Virus record (IMG/VR): IMGVR_UViG_3300025890_000031
Span: 1-57,276 of that record
Length of the DNA: 57,276 nucleotides
From: a virus
Lineage: Duplodnaviria; Caudoviricetes
Strand: one strand, 5' to 3'
The notes under the pieces are model-generated. The model was not told the origin of the DNA, did no database searches, and saw nothing but the letters and a program-made list of their open reading frames with translations. Numbering within the stretch: position 1 is the stretch's first letter; the number at the start of each line of letters is the position of its first letter. The position numbers and the translations under genes are program-made. Below are positions 1 to 9,369 of this stretch, in pieces.

Positions 1-509
1 GTAGTAACTACATAAGGATTACAAGCATCTGTTCCTGTAGGTGCTGACCAATCTGTTTGGTTAAATTCAAATGATACACCTGCATAAATGTTATAAACAC
101 TTTCAGTAGTTAAAGTAGAAACACTATTATCTGTTTCATTATTACTTCTAATTGCAAAATAAAAGTTTTCTCCTGATAAATCTGCAAAGTAATACTTTAA
201 ATCATCATTACTAAATGTATAGTATTGCCAAGTATTTGTTTGATGACCAAAAGATGTAGTAACACAGAAGCTATTTGTTTCAGTTATACCACTAGAACCA
301 CTAAAAAATATTGTGTAATTTTCAGGTGGGCTATCTTCAAATCCATCAGAACTTAATATACCAATAGTTATAGTTCCTGCGTTATTATCTGTTGTGAGGT
401 TTTGACCATAAGCAGGTTGTGTTGGAACATGGTCTGCCAATACAGGCATAGGATAAATAAGTAAGCCTACTACTAATAGTCTAAGGAAGGTATTTATTTT
501 TGATAGCAT
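1..509 (-). CDS. Partial exported/surface protein with N-terminal signal peptide (runs off the left edge)
   Basis: Not in the ORF track. Manual translation from ATG at 509 (AAGGA RBS just upstream) gives MLSKINTFLRLLVVGLLIYPMPVLADHVPTQPAYG..., open to base 1. Confidence 0.75.
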   Translation of the reverse strand, partial: MLSKINTFLRLLVVGLLIYPMPVLADHVPTQPAYGQNLTTDNNAGTITIGILSSDGFEDSPPENYTIFFSGSSGITETNSFCVTTSFGHQTNTWQYYTFSNDDLKYYFADLSGENFYFAIRSNNETDNSVSTLTTESVYNIYAGVSFEFNQTDWSAPTGTDACNPYVVT

Positions 510-513
510 ATCC

Positions 514-708
514 TTACATTAAGGCTTGAACTAAAACAGCTAGTGAAGCTACTGCTACAACCCAACCACTCAATTCGGCTCTGGAAATTTTTGAATTAAC
601 TTTCTCGTGTAGTTCGTCTATTCTATCGTTTATTTTATCTTGTCCGTCTAAAATCATTATTAGCATTTCTTTCTGTGTAAAGCCATTTCCATTATGTGAG
701 TTTGCCAT
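514..708 (-). CDS. Small membrane protein (coiled coil plus C-terminal TM helix), possible lysis accessory
   Basis: 64 aa, heptad segment followed by hydrophobic C-terminus; adjacent to a holin-like gene. Confidence 0.55.
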   Translation of the reverse strand: MANSHNGNGFTQKEMLIMILDGQDKINDRIDELHEKVNSKISRAELSGWVVAVASLAVLVQALM

Positions 709-710
709 TG

Positions 711-965
711 TTATCCTTTGTTGGGTACTGAATTAAATACTTCATTTACTTCTTCCCAAGTTAGCTTTCCATCATCAATATATTTTCTAGCTAGTCGTTC
801 AACAACATGAGCAACACCCATAATCCCTGCTAATAAAGCAGATTGATAAACGTCTATTCCTACTAAAGAACCAGCACCTAGTATCGATAATGCTTGTGCA
901 ATAAACACAGCAACAATTCGTTTAAATATACTACGATAAATAGCCCAGTCGATATTCATATCCAT
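711..965 (-). CDS. Holin-like membrane protein
   Basis: 84 aa with two hydrophobic helices and a charged C-tail, typical of actinophage holins. Confidence 0.6.
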   Translation of the reverse strand: MDMNIDWAIYRSIFKRIVAVFIAQALSILGAGSLVGIDVYQSALLAGIMGVAHVVERLARKYIDDGKLTWEEVNEVFNSVPNKG

Positions 966-1088
966 AAAGATATTTATACCACAAAATAAACTATGGGAAA
1001 ATTATACATTACATGTATAAAATAAATAAAAAAAACCGGAAATTTACGAAAACTTGTTTTTGGCTCTAAGCGATAAAAGCACTCAGTT

Positions 1089-2156
1089 TCAATCTAACCA
1101 AATATTTTCATAATCTGCTGTAACAATGCCTTTTGTAGGGTTAACAAACATCATTCTTTGAGCAGGTAATCCTAAAGCACCTAACATTTCAGCAGCATAA
1201 TAGTTATTAGATTCAGGTGAAGGTGAACATCTCATAGTTATACCTGCGTCTGTCCAAGTTAATTGTTGATGCCAATGACCAAAAGCTACATCTTTAAAAT
1301 CTGGAAAAGGCATATCAGGTTGTGAACCTAATGCTTTCCAAGCTACAACTTTCTTTTTGACACCGTACCATGGAATACCTAACTGACCACGGAATTGGTC
1401 ACCATGAATTAATAAGCAGGAATATTTACCAATTTTATCAACAGCATACCAACCTCTATCTCCTTCAAATTCTTCAGGATTTATCCACTCTAATCTTTTT
1501 TCATCTCTGAACATTAGTTTGGTTGTTTCATAAAGTATTCTGTCAGCGTTATCTTCAGGATGAAAAGTTCCATATCTTCCAATTCTTCCGTGATTACCAA
1601 TTACCGAAGTTACTTTAACTTCATCAAAAGTAGCTAACATCTCTCTAATAAAATTAGTTAATGTTTCTAATCCGTTTTTCATAATCTGTCTGTACAATCC
1701 AGAGTCAATAACCCATGCCTGACCTGGGAATATATCAACACCTTCTACAATATCCCCTAATATCCAAATATGTGCTTTTTTAATAACATGGGATTTTCTA
1801 TGTATAGCAGTTATTTCTTGAACTTTTTTAGCATACTGTTCAATTCTTTCCTGACATATTGCAGAGTTGTAAGTCGGTGTTTTTTTGCCCATTTGCCAGT
1901 CGGCTAGAGTTATTACAGCCACTTCTTCATTTTTACTTTTAGCAAATGTTAATTTTGGTGGTTTTACTTTTGGTATATCAACATCTGCTATTGCATCTTT
2001 AACAGCACTATAAATAGCTTCAGATAATTCATCTTGATTATTTTTAAGTTTGTCATTTTGTTTATGCAGCCTGTTGATTGTCTTTTGCATATCTTTAATC
2101 TTGTCAGATTCAGATTCAGCAATTAATTGTGCAATTTCTTTTTCACTAAGTGTCAT
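1089..2156 (-). CDS. Calcineurin-like metallophosphoesterase with N-terminal coiled coil
   Basis: Motifs ADWQMG, GDIVEG, GNHG, HGD and GHWH in canonical order. Confidence 0.85.
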   Translation of the reverse strand: MTLSEKEIAQLIAESESDKIKDMQKTINRLHKQNDKLKNNQDELSEAIYSAVKDAIADVDIPKVKPPKLTFAKSKNEEVAVITLADWQMGKKTPTYNSAICQERIEQYAKKVQEITAIHRKSHVIKKAHIWILGDIVEGVDIFPGQAWVIDSGLYRQIMKNGLETLTNFIREMLATFDEVKVTSVIGNHGRIGRYGTFHPEDNADRILYETTKLMFRDEKRLEWINPEEFEGDRGWYAVDKIGKYSCLLIHGDQFRGQLGIPWYGVKKKVVAWKALGSQPDMPFPDFKDVAFGHWHQQLTWTDAGITMRCSPSPESNNYYAAEMLGALGLPAQRMMFVNPTKGIVTADYENIWLD

Positions 2157-2167
2157 GTACGCTCCTG

Positions 2168-2422
2168 TTATAAAGTTAGTTCGTTAGCTTCAACTTTTAT
2201 TACTGCTCTTCTAAAGGCATCTAGTGAACCTTTAAAGTTAAATTTTTCTTTACAGATTTTAAAAGCTGAACTGTACGGAAATCTTGTCTTAGATTCAGCA
2301 CAATGCTTTGCTAAAGCGTGAACATACTGTTTACCATTGTCATCCATCTCATGTATACGAGATTTTTGTCCAGTATTGCTGAAAGTACTATCTATAAGAG
2401 ATTTAAGTTCATTTTCGTCCAT
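2168..2422 (-). CDS. Hypothetical protein
   Basis: 84-aa ORF with strong GGAGG RBS and upstream extended -10. Confidence 0.7.
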   Translation of the reverse strand: MDENELKSLIDSTFSNTGQKSRIHEMDDNGKQYVHALAKHCAESKTRFPYSSAFKICKEKFNFKGSLDAFRRAVIKVEANELTL

Positions 2423-2448
2423 ATTTCCTCCTTAAATATATTAAGGAC

Positions 2449-2459
2449 ATGATAGCACA
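2449..2459 (-). promoter_or_regulatory. Extended -10 promoter (TGTGCTATCAT)
   Basis: TGnTAnnnT in the intergenic gap upstream of the 2422 start. Confidence 0.45.
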
Positions 2460-2491
2460 TAAAATGCACTTTAAGCTACTTTAGGAATATA

Positions 2492-3751
2492 TTATTTCTT
2501 GCTCATTTTCCAAGTACCGCCCTTTGACTTGTATCTTTTTGCAGCCCATGCGTTTGCGTATGCACTTGGATAAACATCAAACTTAGATTTTGCTTCAGCA
2601 ATAGAAGAAGCCCATAATTTTGGTTTACTTGGAACTGGTTTAGCTTTGTAAACACCTACAACTAATTTTTTCTTCTTTTTTTTCTTCTTATAATTCCAGT
2701 CTGTACTATCTACATGAACATCTCCTGGAGTTAAATCTTTTTTAACATTTTTATAACGCTCTAACATCCTTCTACCTTTAGCAGCTAATTTTGCAGCGTC
2801 TGAACGATTTTTAGGAACAGGTTCGCCCCAAGCATTTGCAGCTAAAGCAAGTCTTGTTGGTTCGCCATTAGGTTTTGTCATAGCACCACTAGGGTTTGTA
2901 TAAAATCTTGTTAAGAAAGAACCTTTTCTTCTCATTTTCTCTGGTGTATTAGCAGCACCTTTGACACCAGGTTTTAAGTTAGCTCCTTCAGTTCTTTTGA
3001 AATGTGCACGACCAGCAGCAGTCAATCCACCTTTAGGATTTTTTAATCTTTTACTGACTTTTTTTTTTGATTGTGCGATAGCGATAGCCATAGCTTGACC
3101 CCTATCAGTTACAAGTTTTCCTTGTGCGTTTTTTAATTTTTTAGCATAAAATTCACGCATAACCATACCAATTTTATCTTTTCCTGCACCTTTACCCACA
3201 GCTTTTTGTGATTCCATGTGAGCTTGATTAAAAGTTTTGCCAGTTAGTATTCTTTTTCTCATATCTTTAATATGATTTGGTGTGTGATGTTTAGAATGTC
3301 TTTTTAATTTCTTTTCATCTTTTTCAGACATACCTTTTCCTACTTCTAGCATATCCATTTCAACTAATTCTCTTTGACCTTTTCCATGAACTGAAAATCC
3401 TGTATAAGAACCGTCTTTAACTTTTTCCCATACAGAGTCATCATCTACTTTAAATCCTATCCACCAACCTGCTGGTATAGAATCAGATTTAGAAACTAAT
3501 CCTAATGCTTCAAGTTTATCTGGTGTAACAACAAAAGATTCAACTACTCTTGCTACATTTTGATTAACGTGCATTTCTGCACCATTACGAGAGTGAAGAA
3601 CGTAATCATAAGCTGATTTTTCTAATTGACCAATGTCGTCAATAAAATCTCCTTGTGAATCAACGTAGACATCACCATCTTCATCTTTGATAATGTTTGC
3701 CCAACCAAATACTAACTTTTGTTCTTGGTCAAATTTTATTACTTCGTTCAT
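2492..3751 (-). CDS. XkdF-like putative prohead serine protease fused to several basic domains
   Basis: N-terminal ~130 aa has XkdF-type motifs (DSQGD, EMH, VVESF, WWIGFKV, YTGFSV). The C-terminus is K/R-rich with DUF6496-, DUF6321- and DUF5872-like segments. Confidence 0.75.
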   Translation of the reverse strand: MNEVIKFDQEQKLVFGWANIIKDEDGDVYVDSQGDFIDDIGQLEKSAYDYVLHSRNGAEMHVNQNVARVVESFVVTPDKLEALGLVSKSDSIPAGWWIGFKVDDDSVWEKVKDGSYTGFSVHGKGQRELVEMDMLEVGKGMSEKDEKKLKRHSKHHTPNHIKDMRKRILTGKTFNQAHMESQKAVGKGAGKDKIGMVMREFYAKKLKNAQGKLVTDRGQAMAIAIAQSKKKVSKRLKNPKGGLTAAGRAHFKRTEGANLKPGVKGAANTPEKMRRKGSFLTRFYTNPSGAMTKPNGEPTRLALAANAWGEPVPKNRSDAAKLAAKGRRMLERYKNVKKDLTPGDVHVDSTDWNYKKKKKKKKLVVGVYKAKPVPSKPKLWASSIAEAKSKFDVYPSAYANAWAAKRYKSKGGTWKMSKK

Positions 3752-4587
3752 GGTGTAGATTTTAGCTCATGTAATTGGCATCTGCAATTTGGGTGTATAG
3801 GTGGAGAAGTATAAGCACCCATAGTAGTTTGAAAAGGCTGTCCAGCTAAAACAACATCACCAGCAGATGGTGAACACTTACCACAAGGTTGAGAATCAGT
3901 TATCCATTGAACTTGAACAGGAACACCTGTAGATTTCCAAACATCTAACTTTGCACTTTCAATAGCAGTTTGCGTTTCTGTGTTAGCTATTAAAGCTGCT
4001 CTTTGTGCTAATAATTTTTCTGAATACTGCCCTACTTGTTTATTTATCTTTGTCTGAGATAAACCTTTAGTGCCTAAACTATTTCTTAAATTTTCTACAG
4101 CTCTAGCTCCCCTAGTATCTAATCCAATGTTTCCCTTAATCCTTTGAGCTATGTCTGGAATACTTGCTCCTGTTCTAAGACCATTTCCAACTGTTTCTCT
4201 TATGGCTAACTGTGTTTGTTTTGTTATACCTTCAACTAAAACAGCACCTCTCCTTTCGGCAAAATTAGCAGCTAAACCATTAATCAATTCAGGATTTTCA
4301 GGTAATGCTCGTGCTAATTTACTGTAAGCCAGGGAGGCAGCTTGTGTAAAAACTAGAGAGCTTAAAGCTATCATAAAAGTACTATCAAATGCTTCTACTT
4401 CTTCTGCAAAAACGCTTACTTCATTAATATTTTTAGATAATTTAGATATTTCAGACTTGTAAAGTCTTTCAGCTTCACGAATAGTTCTATTATAGATTTC
4501 TTCGTATTCTTCAAAGTCTTGTATGACTTCTTTTCTATTCTCCTTGGGGTTTATCGCCTTTTGGATTGAATTGCTGTCTAACTGCAT
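3748..4587 (-). CDS. MuF-like minor head (head morphogenesis) protein
   Basis: RAxxIAxTE, CxxC and PPIHPNCRC motifs; directly downstream of the portal gene. Confidence 0.85.
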   Translation of the reverse strand: MQLDSNSIQKAINPKENRKEVIQDFEEYEEIYNRTIREAERLYKSEISKLSKNINEVSVFAEEVEAFDSTFMIALSSLVFTQAASLAYSKLARALPENPELINGLAANFAERRGAVLVEGITKQTQLAIRETVGNGLRTGASIPDIAQRIKGNIGLDTRGARAVENLRNSLGTKGLSQTKINKQVGQYSEKLLAQRAALIANTETQTAIESAKLDVWKSTGVPVQVQWITDSQPCGKCSPSAGDVVLAGQPFQTTMGAYTSPPIHPNCRCQLHELKSTP

Positions 4588-6037
4588 CCTTAGCCTGTTC
4601 CTTTACTTGATTTACTGTTTCTTGTTGTTGTGCTAACTGAACAATTTTTTGGTAATCAATATCAGCAATACCAGTTGAATTATTTGGGTCTTGTGGTTGC
4701 AAATAATCTTCTTGGTCTTGCTTAGGCAAAGTAGCAATCTGACGTAAATATTCTTCAAGTTTTTGGTCAGGGAATATTTGCATACCAGACCCAGCAAGAG
4801 TTGATACGTATTGAGCCAATTCTTGTAGAGAAGGTGTTTCTAAGTCGCTATGTCTTAGTTTTGGTAACCTTGAAGTATCCATACCATTGATTTCAAATAA
4901 TTTTGGTATTGCATAGTCGTTAAAAACATTTGTAATATTATCTAAGTAACTTTCTAAAGCTACAGCAAATAGTCTAGTTTTATTACCAGCTAAAGAATAA
5001 GAGCCAGTTCCACCATGACCTAATAAAATAAAGTCGGCTAGTACTGTCATAGCTATTCGTTGTTCATATCTAGTTATAATACCTGTAGTATCAAACTGTC
5101 TACTTCCACCAGAGTTTAACAACTCAAATTCATATAATGGTTTTCCTGAAGAATCATAAACTCGTGGAAATATGATACCTTCTTGTGTATCTCTACGAAC
5201 ATTGACAATTAATTTTTTAATAGCTTCTAACATAGCTTGTTGGTCACTTGTAGCTCCAGCAGACATAATTGCAGGGTCTACATAAGCTATTGGAATACCA
5301 GCTAAATCTCTTTCTATACCAACACCTTCGATTTCTTCTATTCTTTTCTTAAAATACCAAGAGCGATATCCGTTTCTTAATATAGAACGACCTTCTGGAT
5401 TATTTTTATGTGTTTGTGTTCTAAACAATAAGCATTTTTCCATTGGTATAACAACTTGTTTGTAGGATGGTGGTGCTAACTGCATAAATCCTTTAATTCC
5501 ACCTTGTGGGTCAAAAATCCAATGGTCAATAGTATCTTGGGCACGCATAGGCATTTTTCTCCAACCTATTTTTCCATCATTAAACTTAGAACGCTGTTTT
5601 GCATCTTTGTTTTCTAATCCGCCACGCCTTTTGTAAACAATTTCGTGAACACTAAATCCATAAACTAACATTGACATAATTTCTGAAACAAACTCTAACC
5701 AAGTGTTAGACATGTCGTCCATACACTCTTGAACGAATTGAGCATCTTGAACGTCTTTTCTTTTAGCTGAATATGGTTCTACATCCCATTTAGTACTTCT
5801 GATAATTTGGTCTACTGCAAATAAAATAGCACCGATAATTGCATCATTATCTGCCATTTCACGATATGTCTTCATTCCCTTTCGACCTTGAAGGTCGTAC
5901 AGGAACTCTTCCATTACATATCCAGCTTGTCTGTTTAGACCAGACATACCAAACTCTGACATACCTACACTTTCGTTGATATTAGGTGAAGCACTTCCTA
6001 GTGCTTTTGATATGTCGTCAAAATCTTTTTCACTCAT
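4535..6037 (-). CDS. Portal protein (DUF935/Mu gp29-like)
   Basis: 500 aa; YGFSVHEIVY, NPEGRSILR and GIERDLAGIP motifs; followed by MuF. Confidence 0.85.
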   Translation of the reverse strand: MSEKDFDDISKALGSASPNINESVGMSEFGMSGLNRQAGYVMEEFLYDLQGRKGMKTYREMADNDAIIGAILFAVDQIIRSTKWDVEPYSAKRKDVQDAQFVQECMDDMSNTWLEFVSEIMSMLVYGFSVHEIVYKRRGGLENKDAKQRSKFNDGKIGWRKMPMRAQDTIDHWIFDPQGGIKGFMQLAPPSYKQVVIPMEKCLLFRTQTHKNNPEGRSILRNGYRSWYFKKRIEEIEGVGIERDLAGIPIAYVDPAIMSAGATSDQQAMLEAIKKLIVNVRRDTQEGIIFPRVYDSSGKPLYEFELLNSGGSRQFDTTGIITRYEQRIAMTVLADFILLGHGGTGSYSLAGNKTRLFAVALESYLDNITNVFNDYAIPKLFEINGMDTSRLPKLRHSDLETPSLQELAQYVSTLAGSGMQIFPDQKLEEYLRQIATLPKQDQEDYLQPQDPNNSTGIADIDYQKIVQLAQQQETVNQVKEQAKDAVRQQFNPKGDKPQGE

Positions 6038-6968
6038 TTTCAGGAAACCACATTTCTGCTTTGCTAAACAATTCTATTCTTTCGTCTTTACTTAAATCTG
6101 ATGGGTCATTACCCCAATCAGGTTTATACCTACCAACCATGATAGGTAAGTCTATCTTATCACATACACTAGCACTTGCTAATTTACCAGCCTTATCATT
6201 GTCAAAACATAGAGCAATATAGGCAGGGTTTAGACGATTTAAGAGGGTTTTTTGAAAATCGCTAAAATGTGAGCCTAAAATAGCTAAAGCAGGTATACCA
6301 ACTTCCCAAAAAGCCATTGCATCTAAAGCACCTTCGACTAAAGCTAATCCACCATCATAATTTAACTTTTTCATGTTCTCGTTTATAAGTTGTGACTTTT
6401 GATACTCATGCTGTCCAAATAAATATCCAGCTTTTTGAAAGCCTTTTGGATATAAATATCTAATATTTGCATCTGGGTCTAATCTTCTCTTAATCACACC
6501 AATAACTTTCCCATGAAAAGTTCGTAAAGGTATAGTTACTGAATTACTTAATGGGTCATAGCCTAAAGAAAACTTTTCAATAGTTTTATCAGTTAATCCT
6601 CTTTCAGACCAATAATCATGTGGATATTTATATTGTTCTAGCCATTTTTCATCATGATATGAAGTTTCTTTATCTTTTATTGGGTCTGAAACGTATTCAT
6701 CTAGTTCACGAATAATATTATCTATTGCATCTATTGGTATTTCTTGTAGATATGGATAATTTTTCTTTATTCCTAATCTTCTAAGTAATCCATTCCAATT
6801 ACCCTTTTCTTGACACCCATGACAAATCCATAATCCGTTTTCTTTGTTTACAGCAAAGCTAGGATTACTGTCTGAGTGAAAAGGACACCTACAATAGTAT
6901 TCTTCTTCCGATTCTGTTACAACATCTAAATGTTTTGAAACTATATCGGCACGATACTTATTGACCAC
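6030..6968 (-). CDS. dnaG: DNA primase (CHC2 zinc finger plus TOPRIM)
   Basis: CPFHSD..PSF..CHGC zinc finger; VEGALD and FDNDKAG TOPRIM motifs. Confidence 0.92.
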   Translation of the reverse strand: MVNKYRADIVSKHLDVVTESEEEYYCRCPFHSDSNPSFAVNKENGLWICHGCQEKGNWNGLLRRLGIKKNYPYLQEIPIDAIDNIIRELDEYVSDPIKDKETSYHDEKWLEQYKYPHDYWSERGLTDKTIEKFSLGYDPLSNSVTIPLRTFHGKVIGVIKRRLDPDANIRYLYPKGFQKAGYLFGQHEYQKSQLINENMKKLNYDGGLALVEGALDAMAFWEVGIPALAILGSHFSDFQKTLLNRLNPAYIALCFDNDKAGKLASASVCDKIDLPIMVGRYKPDWGNDPSDLSKDERIELFSKAEMWFPENE

Positions 6969-7302
6969 GGTTAATCAAATCAACAGCATACCTATCTGCT
7001 ATTACTGTTTGATATTCGCTATATTCAAAATGTTCCCCACCAGCATGTTCACCAGTAACTTTTATTTTCCAATGAGTTTCACCTTTGTTATCTACGATAT
7101 TATCTATTTTTTCAATAATAACGCCTTGCTTGAAATTTCCTTCTATAACCATTCCAACTTTTAAATCTGATGGCTTATATGCTTGTTTATTTCCTAAAGG
7201 TATAGTTCTGCCGTAGCTTAGATAATATCTAACACCTGTTTTTTTTGGCATTTTGCTCCCTTTCCTTTCTATTAGAACAAACTCCACTTGCTCTTCATTC
7301 AT
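6958..7302 (-). CDS. Hypothetical protein
   Basis: 114-aa ORF overlapping both neighbours in the operon. Confidence 0.65.
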   Translation of the reverse strand: MNEEQVEFVLIERKGSKMPKKTGVRYYLSYGRTIPLGNKQAYKPSDLKVGMVIEGNFKQGVIIEKIDNIVDNKGETHWKIKVTGEHAGGEHFEYSEYQTVIADRYAVDLINRGQ

Positions 7303-7477
7303 TATTTAATAATATTCTTCCACGAACACGAGGATATTTCGTCTTGTGGTGAATATAACAAAATTTTTGATTATTATACTTACTTAGCATTTGCTCACAC
7401 TTTTCAGATTCACAAATTCTATTTTCACCATAAGTTTTAGATTTTCTAGCCTTTGGTCTTTGTGTACCTTCAATCAT
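7295..7477 (-). CDS. Small Cys/His-containing hypothetical protein
   Basis: C-x4-C ... C-x2-H pattern; AAGGA RBS. Confidence 0.65.
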   Translation of the reverse strand: MIEGTQRPKARKSKTYGENRICESEKCEQMLSKYNNQKFCYIHHKTKYPRVRGRILLNNE

Positions 7478-7679
7478 ATTTTTCCTTTCTTCTTCGGTAG
7501 GGGGATTAGTTACTCTCTTACTTTATCTCGCTTTGAGCCCTACCTATCTTCTATAGTAATTTCACCATTTGAATTGTCAATGATTTGGTTAAACTTTTTT
7601 TCATACAATTTTTTGAGTAAGAAATCTGGGTCATCTTTAAGTTGCTTTGCTTTAAAAACAACCCATTGATATTCTTGCA

Positions 7680-8966
7680 TCAGTCGTAATCTAAATCGTC
7701 TTGGTCAGCTAATATCAAGTCTTGTGCAATATCCCCTGATATTTCTTCAAACGAACCATTCCCTGGTGTAAATTTACAAAACCAGTTTTTATTATCTTGT
7801 CCGTGTCGGAACTTAGCTAACTTGAATTTAACAACGTGGGGAGATTTCTGTACTAGCGTAACTACACAATCTGCATCCATACCTATGGCATCAGATTGAG
7901 ATAAGTGAATAACTGATGGTGGTTCATTACCACCACCCTCTCTATTCATTTGTGCAGCGGATATGATGGGTATGTCATATCTCTGAGCGATTGCCTTGAT
8001 ATCAGCACTTAACGAAGCAACTGCTCGCCAATCATCTCCCCCAGACTTTAGTAATGTTAAATAATCTATATAAACAACAGTAGGTTTGTGTTCTTGTATT
8101 CTACTAGCCACGACTGCTGGAGATACAGCACCACGACTACCATCAACAACAGTAAAACTACCTTTTATTTTTTTAGGTATGTCTTGTAAGAATTTTTTAT
8201 ATGCTCTGATATCAAAGTTTTCACCTTTCATCAAGTCTAAAGATTTAAAAGTTTCTTTTCCATATTCTGAAGAAAGAAAACTCTGTACCCTAAACCCAAT
8301 TTGTTTTGAAGGTTGTTCTAAAGATACAAAAAGAACTTTTTCTCCTGCTTGTAATGCTGAACAAGCCATACGGATTAAAGTCCATGTCTTACCTTGACCT
8401 AACCTAGCACCTACTACCCAGAAATCTCCACCTGATGCTCCACCAGTTAAATTATCTAAGCTGGGAAAACCTGTAGGTATTCCTGCTAAACCTCGTTTAT
8501 CTTTAGCTGCTATTCTTCTTTCAATATCTGCTAATAAATAATCTCCATCATCTAAAATATTTAAAGTACTAGAACCTGTAGTAACTTTTTTCTGAAGTAA
8601 TAAAATATCTTGATATAAAGAATCTAATAACTTTTCTCCTGTTTCTTTTTCTTTAATATCTTCAAAAGTATTCTTCATTACAGAACTTATTTTAGTTCTT
8701 ACATAGTTATCTTTTACTTCAGAACAAAAATGTTCTAAATCATCTACTTTATATAAAACTACTTCAGGAAAGTTAGTTTTAAAAGCATTAGTACTAGGTA
8801 AAGTTCTATGCTGTATAAAGTATTTTTCTATCCATGAATATTCTTCAGGATAAGATATAAAGTATTCTCTACTTATTCCTTGTTCAGCTATTACTGCGTA
8901 GTCTTTTCTACGAAGCAAAGCAGAAACAAGAAGTATCTCAGGATGTGCTGACATCTTCTGCTCCAA
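7680..8966 (-). CDS. dnaB: DnaB-like replicative helicase
   Basis: GIPTGF, Walker A GARLGQGKT, SLEQ, YIDYL, AAQMNR, AKFRHG. Confidence 0.93.
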   Translation of the reverse strand: MEQKMSAHPEILLVSALLRRKDYAVIAEQGISREYFISYPEEYSWIEKYFIQHRTLPSTNAFKTNFPEVVLYKVDDLEHFCSEVKDNYVRTKISSVMKNTFEDIKEKETGEKLLDSLYQDILLLQKKVTTGSSTLNILDDGDYLLADIERRIAAKDKRGLAGIPTGFPSLDNLTGGASGGDFWVVGARLGQGKTWTLIRMACSALQAGEKVLFVSLEQPSKQIGFRVQSFLSSEYGKETFKSLDLMKGENFDIRAYKKFLQDIPKKIKGSFTVVDGSRGAVSPAVVASRIQEHKPTVVYIDYLTLLKSGGDDWRAVASLSADIKAIAQRYDIPIISAAQMNREGGGNEPPSVIHLSQSDAIGMDADCVVTLVQKSPHVVKFKLAKFRHGQDNKNWFCKFTPGNGSFEEISGDIAQDLILADQDDLDYD

Positions 8967-9089
8967 TCATCTATTTATTTTATTGTCCACAAGCTCTTGT
9001 GATTTTTCTAATCTAATACATCTTAAATTTTATACAAACAATTTCTATATTTTTTTTTTCATAGTATGCTTTCTACTGAAGGAGAGAAT

Positions 9090-9281
9090 TTGGAAAAATA
9101 TAAAGACCTTTTAGAAAGAGTCGGATTTACATTTGCTGAAGCATTTATTGGTGCAGTAGCTGTAGCTCCACTCATTGACTTAAATGCCTCAACTTTACAG
9201 TTGGCAATTATAGCAGGTGCTTCTGCCGCTCTTGTAGTAGTAAAAGAATTTGTTAAGAAAAATATGCCAGCAAAAAGCTAA
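9090..9281 (+). CDS. Holin-like membrane protein (r1t-type)
   Basis: LERxxxTFAEAF start and two TM helices; probable TTG start at 9090 after GAAGGAG RBS. Confidence 0.65.
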   Translation: MEKYKDLLERVGFTFAEAFIGAVAVAPLIDLNASTLQLAIIAGASAALVVVKEFVKKNMPAKS

Positions 9282-9287
9282 AGGTTA

Positions 9288-9364
9288 GGGGTGGATAAGG
9301 TAAGACTTGTTTAGTGTTGCGGGACAGTAGATAAGTAACGAGGGTTCAACTCCCTCCCACTCCA
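9288..9364 (+). ncRNA. Mini-tmRNA-like RNA: tRNA-like domain only, no mRNA-like domain
   Basis: Acceptor stem GGGGTGG/CCACTCC with G3-U wobble and discriminator A; stemless D loop ATAAGGTAAGAC; 13-bp capped hairpin; T arm GAGGG-TTCAACT-CCCTC. Confidence 0.75.
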
Positions 9365-9369
9365 CAGAT

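Noticed and set aside
9288-9364. Canonical tRNA-Ala(UGC) reading
   Set aside because: TGC is present at 9318-9320, but no 5-bp anticodon stem with a 7-nt loop or proper D stem can be formed; the tmRNA-like fold fits better.
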